A stretch of 57,846 nt of DNA from a virus (Duplodnaviria; Caudoviricetes): IMG/VR virus record IMGVR_UViG_3300043394_000186, positions 1 to 57,846 of that record; one strand, 5' to 3'. The number at the start of each line of letters is the position of its first letter. Position 1 is the stretch's first letter. The translations under genes were made by a program, and so were the position numbers. Under the pieces are notes generated by a model, which worked only from the letters and a program-made list of their open reading frames with translations, made no database searches and was not told the origin of the DNA. Positions 44,664-54,700 of this stretch are shown in pieces.

Positions 44664-45694
44664 GTGGACTGATTCTGGCCGGACTCGGCAAGGGTATCGC
44701 GGACGCCGGCTCGACGTTTGGCAACGCGATGATGAGGGACTACGAGGCCAAGCGGCAGGAAGAACGCGAGGCATTGCGAGAGCAGCGCCTGCTTGAGCGT
44801 CAAGAGGCGCTTGATCGTCTGAAGGCCGACCGTGAAGAAGCCAAGGCCGAGGGGCTGAAGACCCGCGTGGCCCAAGAGTCGGCCGCCGTCGGCACTCGAG
44901 CCGCTGAAATGGGTGCTGCCCGAGACGCCACCCAGCTTGGTCGCGACGCAACAAAGCTCTCCGGGATCTCTTCGCAGGTGGCTGGCGACTCGCCATCGAC
45001 CACGGACGAAGAGTTCAAGAAGCTGATCGAGGAGAACCCGCAGTACCGCGAGACCTATCGCAAGGCGGGGCTGATCGACAAGGCGATGACGCCCAACCAG
45101 CAGCGCATCCAGCGCGCTGACGACGAGGCCACTGCAGCTCTTGAGATGGGTGCCCACTCCAGCGTGATCGACGCGTATGCGAAGAAGCGCAAGGACGTGC
45201 TGGATCAGATCCGCGAAGAGAACAAGGAGGCACGCGACACCCGCCGCGAAGATCGCGCAGACGAGCGCGAGGCTCGCCGCGATGCTGAGTTCCGCGCCTT
45301 GATGCCCATCCGTATACAGAACGCTGATGCCAACACCACCCGTGCAGGTGCGGCCGTGACCAGCGCGAACAAGCCTGCGTCGGGCAGCAACAGCGCAGAC
45401 AAGCCAGCGACCACTGCCGACATCCAGCGTCAGGTAACTGCTGCGCAGAACGGGTTGGCCACTGATCTGGGTGTGGCGAAGAACGAGATCAACGCCGAGA
45501 TCAAGTCGATCCGCAAGCGTGCCGACGCGGGTAACGCTCAGGCCAAGGCAACACTCGAGCGCATCCAACCAATGCTGGATGAGTTGAACGACGCGAACCA
45601 GCGCATGTTGCAGTTCAAACGCGCCAGTCCTTCCACTTCAAATTCAAGGGATAATTCAACAGCCCGACCTCCGCTCAGCAGCTTTGCTCGCTGA
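44660..45694 (+). CDS. Putative ejection protein (coiled coil)
   Basis: MSGLILAGLGKGI N-terminus followed by a charged helix. Confidence 0.7.
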   Translation: MSGLILAGLGKGIADAGSTFGNAMMRDYEAKRQEEREALREQRLLERQEALDRLKADREEAKAEGLKTRVAQESAAVGTRAAEMGAARDATQLGRDATKLSGISSQVAGDSPSTTDEEFKKLIEENPQYRETYRKAGLIDKAMTPNQQRIQRADDEATAALEMGAHSSVIDAYAKKRKDVLDQIREENKEARDTRREDRADEREARRDAEFRALMPIRIQNADANTTRAGAAVTSANKPASGSNSADKPATTADIQRQVTAAQNGLATDLGVAKNEINAEIKSIRKRADAGNAQAKATLERIQPMLDELNDANQRMLQFKRASPSTSNSRDNSTARPPLSSFAR

Positions 45695-45729
45695 GCAACT
45701 TTCATCAACCTTCGTGACGCTCTATTCCC

Positions 45730-48700
45730 ATGAAGTTCGACATCAATGCAGCCCGCAGCTCCGGGTATTCCGACGACGAGATCGCGGACTACTTGGCAAA
45801 AGAAAACAAGTTTGATCTGAGCGGGGCGTTGAAGTCTGGCTACAGTGCGTCCGAGGTCATCGGCTTCCTGTCTGGTGCCGACGCGGCACCGGCAGCACCG
45901 GCGGAGGCGGTTACCGACACCGGTGACGAGGCCGCTCGCCTTGCAGCCCGGTACAAAGCGCCCGAAAAGCCCGGCTTCATCGAGCGTGCAGCCAGCGCCC
46001 TGTCGTCGATGCTGCCCAAGCCCGTGGACCCCATGGGCATCGCCTCCGGCAAACCGCTTGGCAACACGCAAATTCGGGCCGAGGAGCCCGTCAAAGAGCG
46101 CAAGGCACCTACCCCCTACCGCAACCGCCGCGAGGCGCTGGATGACGCTGTCAACCTGCTGGAAGAGGGCGCAGACCAGAAGGCCGTGACCGAGTCGTTC
46201 GCAAGCGCCGGGATTAAGTTCGACGAGATCGTCGCCCATGGTCAAAAGCGCGGCAGCGAATACTTCAAGCAGCAGCCCGGCATGGAGGTGGCTGACCCTG
46301 AGGTGGCCCGCCTTGCAGCGCGATACCCTGCGCAGCCCACCGGCGAACTCAAGGCGTACGAGACCAGCATTGGCGAGGACATTGCCAACTTCGCCAAGCG
46401 CGTGGCTGGCCGCTCGAGTCAGGCGTTCACCGGCCTGTTGGCCAACACCGGCGTGATCGACGAAGATCAGGCAGCCGCAGCGCTGGCGCGCGACGAGCGA
46501 CGCATTCAAGCGGCCCGTGCGCCTGAGTCCATTCAATCCGGGTTTGAGGAGATTGGCCAAGCCAAGACCTACGGCGACGCGGTGACTGCACTGGCCCGCA
46601 ACCCGGGCGCTACGGCCACCATGCTGGCTGAGTCTGTGCTGATGACGGCCCCTGTGCTGGCCGCTTCTGCAGCTCGCTTGCCAGCCGTTGGTTTGGCCGC
46701 CGCCACCGGCGGATTCTCCGCATCGCTCGAGTACGGCGGTGCCATGGCTGACGTGCTGTCCGAGCGCCGCATTGACATGCTCGACGCCAACAAGCTGGCG
46801 TCTGCCCTGAAAGACCCAGAGATCATTGCCGAGATCCGTGACAAGGGCACAAAGCGCGGCCTGACGATCGGCATCATCGACGGCCTGACCGCAGGCATTG
46901 CTGGCAAGTTCCTCGAGCCTGTCCAGAAGACCATCGCAGCAGGCAAGCTGGCGTCCGACGCCGCTCGCCGGGCAACCGTCGGCGCATGGGCCAAGGAGCT
47001 TGGCGCACAGGTCGCAGGCGGCTCCGGCGGCGAGTTCGCCGCTCAGCAACTGACCGGCGAGAACAAGCCAGCAGACGTGCTGCTCGAGGGCTTGGGCGAA
47101 GGCGTCTCGGCTCCGTTCGAGGCTCGCTCGAATCTGGCGGCATCTCGCAAGCTGGACCCGGCCCAGCAGATCGCCGACGCAATCTCTGGCGTGGACTTCA
47201 CCCAGTCCGGCATCGACGCGACTGTGGCCGACCGTGTGCGCACTGAAGGCATCTCTGACCAGATCAGCCCAGCCGCCACCGTTGCCAGCTTCACACCGGC
47301 CGACAGCCCCACCGCTCAGGCCGGGCTGGCTCCGATCGTGGTGCCTGTGCCCACCGCTGCACCAGAGGCAAACGAGCAGCCTCCCGTGCTGCCCGAGATC
47401 AACCCGTCGACCGAACAAGCCTTCGGCCTCGACACACTTCGCATGGGGACAACCAATGTCAGCACAACTGGCGCATCTGGAGCCGCGCCTGCAGTGGGCG
47501 GTGTCGCAGGGAGCGATCAGCTTGGCGGAAGCGTGGACCTTTCAGGACCTGATCTCACTGGCACCGGACAATTCGCTGGTGGAAGCGCCCGACAGCCTGC
47601 AGCCAATGATGGGCAGGATGTGGCTGTTGGAAGTGCCGCCATTCAACAGCCTGCCGGCGTAAGCGCCGCGCAAGATAACAATGCTGTAGCACCTCGCCTT
47701 GTCGAGCCATGGTTTGGCCGCAAAGGCGGTGGATACACAACGCTGGGCGACGCTGAGCAGGCAATGCCCGGCCGCAAGAGAATGTTCCCCGACCTCGAGT
47801 GGAAGGTAGAGGAAATGCCCAACGGCAAGTTCATGCTTGCTGGCTACGAAATCACCCAACAGGAGACGACCCTTGGCGCTCAAACCCCTCAAGCCATCCA
47901 AGGCCAAGCGCAAGGACAGCAAGCACCTGCCATCGCTGGAGCAGCAAGCCCAGCAATGGGTGAGCCAGTGGCGGTTCGAGGAGCTGCGCCGACGCAAGGC
48001 GGAGATGTCACTGGGTTCGGTGCAGTGGCGACAGGACCCGTCGCTGGACCTCGCGAAGCTGGAACCCTCACTACGCCAGAGGGTGCTTCAACTGCTGGAC
48101 TGACGGCATCGCTGCGCCTTGCCCCGCCCGCACCCGTGCGAGCCATCGGCAAGGCCATCACCACGTTGAGAGACAAGACAGGCGTTGAAGCAGAAGTCGA
48201 CAACGCACCTCTCACGGACAAGCAGCAGGCCGCAAGTGCCGTTGCCCGACTGCTTGGTCGAACCGTCACATACCTCAAGGCAGACACGCCTGCGTCTTTG
48301 CCCAACGGGTTCATGATCACTGGAGACTCGAAGAACATCTTCATCGCCAACGATGCCGAGGATTCCCCTCTGACTGTTGCGATGCACGAGATCTACCACA
48401 CGCTGCCCGATCAACAGCGCAAGGCCCTGAACACTCAGTTGGCCCAGTACTTCCGACAGGACCGCCGCACCGAGTTCGCAGTTGAATTTCAGTACGACTC
48501 GAAGAACGACGCGCTGCTGGACGAGGAGATCCCAGCGTTCATGGTCCAAGCGATAAGCAAGCGCGAGGACTTCTGGCAAGACCTGCGCACGAAGATGGGC
48601 AACGCAGAGTTTGGCGAGGTGGCCAAGGTCATCCTGACAAAGCTGAACTCGATCATCAGCGGCTCCAAGGAGCAGTACGGCGAAGAGTTCGTCAACAAGT

Positions 48701-51700
48701 ACATCACCGACGTGTCCAAGGCGCGCGACCTGTTGACCACGGCCTACGCCGAAGCCATGCAGGCGCAAGGCTTCAAGCCTGACGTCGCAGTCACCGGCGA
48801 CATGATGCCCTCGCAGCGCTCGCGCGTGGACATGAACTTCAAGGACGTCATCAAGCGCACGCCTGAGCTGCAGGCTGCGGCCGAGAAGGTCAAGGCTGGC
48901 GAGATGACCGCCGCTGAGTACGACACGCTGGTCAACGAGGCCAAGCCCGTGGAGCCGTACAAGTCGGTGCCTTCGCCGGCCACCGTCACCGACATCCAGA
49001 CCGCGCTGACGTCTGACAAGACCGAGCGCATTGGCAAGGCCAGCCAGTTGAAGGCAGGCCACCCAGTGGGCCTGCGACTGGACATTCCAGCCTACGCAAA
49101 CCACGGCACATGGGTCGTGTCGGTTCACGAGCAAGAGGCTGGCTACAACGCTGGCAAGTCCATCGGCTACGAGCCCGTGGCTGCGGCCACCAACGTCAAC
49201 TTCGGCGTGGTGGAGAAGGCTGCGATGAACATCGCAAGCGGCAAGCCGAAGGCCACGATCGCTGTGATGAAGGGCAACTGGAAACCAACGACGCCCAAGC
49301 AGGCCTACACCGCCGCGCAGGCAGCGCTCAAGTCCAAGGACTGGGTGCAGGTCGGCATGGACCCTGAGCGTCACTCCTACTTCTACGACCGCAAGACCAT
49401 GGAGCCCGTGGTGTCGGCCGACGAGGTCCTGCAAATCGGTCCTCTGGTGTTGGCGAAGAAGCCTGTGTTTGGCGACAAGGCTGACTTCATGTTCAGCAAC
49501 CGCGCCGCTCCTGAGACGCCTGAGTTCAAGAAGTTCTTTGCCGACTCAAAGGTTGTGGATGCCACTGGCAAGCCAATGGTGGTCTATCACGGGACAAGCA
49601 AAGAGTTCAGCACCTTTAGCCTTGGGTATCGAGGCGACGATCAGGGGAACGACCAATACGGTCCGGGCTACTACACCGCGTCAAGCGCCGAGACTGCTGG
49701 AGGTTACGCCAATGGCGACGGTGCAAACATCAAGCCGCTCTACGTCAGCATAAAGAACCCGATTGAAGAGGGGACAAAAGCCTTCCCTCGCTCGGTCATC
49801 GAGCGCCTCATGCGTGCATCGCCCAGTTTCTATGAATCACTCGAGAACTTCGGCGACATTTCGTTTGAGGGAGAGCGCAAGGTGGTGCGCGGTGCGGTCG
49901 ACGGCTTTGAGGGATTCGACAACGCGCTACTCCAGCTCGGCACGTTGCAGCGTGACTTCTGGCCAAATGATGCCGAAGGATTCTTGCGCGCGGCCAAGGA
50001 AATCACTGGCCACGACGGCGTGACAGTTGAAAGCGGTGGCAACAAGATCTTTGTTGCTTGGACGCCTGAGCAGATTAAGTCTGCCACCGGAAACGATGGC
50101 CAGTTCGATGGATCGAACCCAGACATCCGTCGCAGCAACCGCGCATACGAGGGCGCACCTGACTCCTTGATGGGCTTCAAAAAGAGCGGGCCTCAGACCG
50201 CTTACGAAGACTCCAGGTACAAGAAGGAGATCACGGTCCGCGTCACGTTCGATAACGGCAACTCGATGATCGACGGCATGAAGGGGTTGAACACCCCGCA
50301 CGCCATGGAGCGAGCACGCCGCAACTGGGGTGGCGCAAGAATTGAGCTGTTGGCCGAAGAGCCATACACCGATGATCTGGCTGCACGCTTTGAGGCACAG
50401 TCGTTTGAACCAAACGCCGACGTCATGCCACCAGAGCAGATCCGCGCAGACGGGATCATGTTCTCGCTGCGCAAGGTCGAGGAGATCAACGATGCGCCCG
50501 AGATCACGATGAAGGATCTGGTTGGCCAGACGGTGTTCCCGATCCTTGCCGACCTGACAGCCGCTGGCTACGTCTACATGGGCAAGGAACTGCGTGGCGG
50601 CCCGTACTACACGCTGCTGCCATCGAACTCCAAGGCTGGTCTGATATGGGCCAACGACGGCAAGGGCGTGGCCAGCATCAAGAACAAAAAGGCTGCACGC
50701 GGTGTGATCGGCTTGATCGTTGCGATGAAGCAAGACTCGCACGCGACCAACAACACGGTGGCCAACATCATCTTCCGCGCTGTCGAGGACGAGATTCAGA
50801 AGGGCTCTGTCGCCAAGGCAGACATTCCTAAGCTGGACGAGATCGTGCGTGGCCTTGCTACTCGCACCGCCACCAAGACCCGCAAGGTCGACGGCAAGAA
50901 GGTCAAAGAAACGAAGCAGGTGTTCCCGAAGTTCGCGGACTTCCCCGGCTTCAGCGACCGCGCTGCGTCCGAGAAGTTTCTGCGATCCATGCCATTCGAG
51001 GCACGCGGCCTGTTCTTCGAGGAGATGACCAAGCCCACCGTTGAAGACCTTGGTCTTGGCGTTGTGCGCAAGGTGATCAACGACACGGTCGAGCCAGACC
51101 TGCGTGGTCTGAACATGGGCGACGTGGTCATGGCCATCCGCTTTGATCCCAACGCTGACACGATCGAGCTGGGCGCGAAGACTGGCACGCCCGAGCACGA
51201 CTCCTACCGCTACGGCGTGAAGGGCGAAGTGATCGGAAAGTTCAAGCGTCCGATCTCGTTCGAAAACGTGTTCGTCGAACTTATGAAGGAGCGCCGTGCC
51301 GCCGGCAAGGATCGCCCTGCAGGCAACTACCGCTCGCTCACGCTGCGCAAGCCTGAACAATTGATCACTGAAGAGATCGCAGGCGGCGTCGGTCAGGAGA
51401 AGTACAAGACGTTCAAGACCCCGGCCGAGGCCAAGGCAGCCGTGGCTGCTGCAGCCATGGACTGGAAGGTCATCGACCGCCCCGCAGCCGCAGGCGTCAA
51501 GGAGTTCTTGCGCACGGCCCGCATCTACGGCGAAGGCAAAGTCCCATCGTTTGGCGAAGCCAAGATGCTGATCAAGGATGGGCGTCTGAGCATCTTCCGT
51601 TTGGCCAACACCGAGAGCTGGTTCTCGATCGAGAGCCGAGGCAACAAGCGTGTGATGACCAACGCCATGGTCGCGCAGCCGGGCGTTGAGCGCGACATGC

Positions 51701-54700
51701 TGTTTGGTGACATGGTGTTCCAAGCGCGCGCCAACGGTGCCACGCACATCGAAGAGGGCGGCAAGGTCGAGCCGATCACCGAGCAGAAGGCAATGCGCCG
51801 CGTTGCTCCGATCGTCAGCGAGTTGTCTGAGATGCCGGATGCCGACATCAAGAACTTGGGCATCGACCCCAAGGAAGTCGACCGCCTGAACGGGTTGATC
51901 GGTGAGGGCGAAGAGGAATTCTCGGCAGAAGCGCTGCCCGTCTACAGCAACCGGGCCAAGCCTGAGTTCTTCAGCCAGCTCGAGCGCACCATCGCCAACG
52001 TGCCTGCGAAGCTGGCGACGCAGCCTGCCTCCCAGTGGGCGCTGTGGCTGGACTCCAATGGCCCCAAGCAAGGCGTCAAGAAGGACGAGATGGAGTGGTC
52101 CGGCATCAAGGACTACCTCGCCCTGCGCGGCAAGGACAAGGTCACCAGCGCTGATCTTCAGGCCTACCTGAAGGACGGCGGCGTGCGCGTGGAAGAGACA
52201 ACGCTTGGCGCAGTCGACACCGACAAGATCCTCGACGACATCTCCAACGAGCTGTACGAGAAAGACTACTGGGACCTGAGCGCCAAGCAGCAGGACGTTG
52301 TTGTCGACAAGATGGACGAGCGCTACACGTCGCAGACCAAGTACGACAAGTACACACTGCCCGGTGGTGAAAACTACCGCGAGCTGCTGATCACGTTGCC
52401 GAGCAAGAACCCTGTTGCCGGGATCTCTCCTGTGCAAGCGGCCCGCGTCTTGTATGGCAAGGAGTATTCGACACTGACTTCTGAGCAGCAGGACGATGTC
52501 AAGCGGAAGATCGCTGACGACAAGTCTCCAACCTCCTATATGTCCAGCCATTGGCAGCAGCCCAACGTCCTCGCCCACATCCGCATCAACGACCGCACCG
52601 ATGCCGACGGCAACAAGGTTCTGTTTGTGGAAGAGGTGCAGTCCGACTGGGGTCAGGACGGGCTGAAGAAGGGCTTCAAGGGCAAGACACAAGAGGACGC
52701 TAAACGGTTCTTCGGCATCACCGATTCAGACTGGTCCAAGACCAGCGAGATGGACCGTGAGGCGTACCGAAACGAGATGCTTGATTCCAAGGGACGTGAC
52801 ATCATCCCCATCGCTCCGTTCGTCACCAAGACAGAAGGCTGGCTCAACCTTGCACTCAAGCGCATCGCCATGATGGCGGTGGAAGAGGGCTACGACAAGG
52901 TGGCCTTCGTCAATGGCCAGCAGTCTGCTGACCGTTACGACTTGAGCAAGTCGATCAGCTCGATCAGCTACGAGCCCGGCAGCAAGCCAGAGAACGCGGG
53001 CCTGCTGCAGGCTTGGGATCTGGACCGTCAGATGGTCATGAGCGAGATGGTCACCACCGACCGCATCGAGGACTACGTCGGCAAGGAAGTGGCTGTGCGT
53101 TTGCTCGAGACCGACAAGGTCATGGGCAAGCACATGCTCGACGGCGAGAACATCAAGGTCGGCGGCAAGGGCATGATCAAGTTCTACGACGAGATCGTCC
53201 CGCAAGCTATCACAAAGCTGTTGCCGAAACTGGGGGGCGAGAAGCTGGGCAAGGTTGGCATTGACGTCGGCCTGAACAGCAGCATGTCCTACGAAATCAA
53301 AGAGAAAGATGACGGGCGGTTTGCATTGCGGGCTCGCGCCGATGCCAACTCTCTTTGGGCTCCTTATGGCACCTATGACACCAAGGCGCTGGCGGAGCAG
53401 CGCATGTCTGAACTGAAGGCTGAATCCGAGGCCAGCGAGCAACCCGGCTTCGACGTCACCGACAAGATGCGCGAGACCGTGGGTCAGGGCCTGCCGATGT
53501 TCAGCAAGCGCGTACAGCCCACCGACTGGCGCGACGAAGCTGGCCGCGTCCGGTTCATGCCCGGTGCAGTGGCCTACCGCTATGCCGCCGACATCGCCAA
53601 CAAGCTGCTCGACAAGACCCCGCTGATCGGTTCGCTCAAGCCCATCGACAAGGACCTCGCGCTGGCCATGCGCCGCATGAAGGCCGAGATCGAGAACGCA
53701 CAGACCCGCACCGCTGGCGTGGCCTCCAAGTTGGGTGAGCTGCCAGAGGACGAGCGCAAGCTGATCAGCGACGTGATCGAGGGCGAACTCAAGCGCGGCG
53801 TGAAGCCCGCCAAGCGAGTGCTCGAGGTGGCTGCATCCATGCAGTCGATCATGTCCGAGCAGAGCGCTGAGCTGGTCCGTCTGGGCATGCTGACCTCCGA
53901 CGCAGCCAGCCGCTGGGACGGCAAGTACCTGCCACGCTTCTACGAGCAGACGCTCAAGAACGAAGCCAGCCAGTGGGCCAAGGCAGCCAAGGCATTGCTT
54001 GGCCGCAAGAAGACCATGCAGGGCATCAAGGGGTCCAATCTCAAGGGCCGTGGCATCTTCGAGACCATCCCCGTGGACGAGCTGGAAGCGTGGCTGGCCG
54101 AGGGCTGGGAAGAGCGCGATGCTAACTTCGACCCAGCCACCGACACCGAGATCACAGTCTGGCGCGACTACTCCCGTGCTGAGCGGGAGAACATGGGCGA
54201 GATCCGCGATGCCATGTTCCGCTTCGTCATGGGCTACATGAAGAGCCAGCGCGACGTGGCCCTTGGCCGCTTGTACGAGAACCTCGCCGACACGGTGGCC
54301 AGCAAGTCCGAGAAGGAAGGCTACGTGCAGGTGCCCAAGACCAACATCGAGGACACCACCGCCCGCCGCTACGGCAAGCTGTCTGGCAAGTGGGTGCCGC
54401 AAGAGGTGCTCGACCACCTGAGCGCATTCGACAGCAGCATGGAAGGCGACCTGCTCAAGGTCTACCGCAAGGCGCTGTCAATGTGGAAGGAAGGCAAGAC
54501 CGTGCTGAACCCGGTCGCGCACGCCAACAACGTGCTGTCCAACCTGACCATGGCCCACTTCGCTGGCGTGTCCTACTGGGACGCCAACAAGTACCTTGGT
54601 GCCGCAAGCGACATCGTCAAGGGCGCGCCGATGCTGGCCGAGGCACGCGAGGCTGGCCTGTTCGGTGGCACTGTGTCGCAGGCTGAGCTGGTAAGCATGC

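Noticed and set aside
49927-52692. 921-aa minus-strand ORF and other long antisense ORFs (e.g. 45538-47418, 52726-54417, 19965-21191)
   Set aside because: They are shadows of GC3-rich sense genes, with no RBS or protein motifs.
53208-53217. TATCACAAAG (and ATCACAAAG at 37272) as extra regulatory boxes
   Set aside because: Mismatched, intragenic and without an adjacent -10; compatible with chance.
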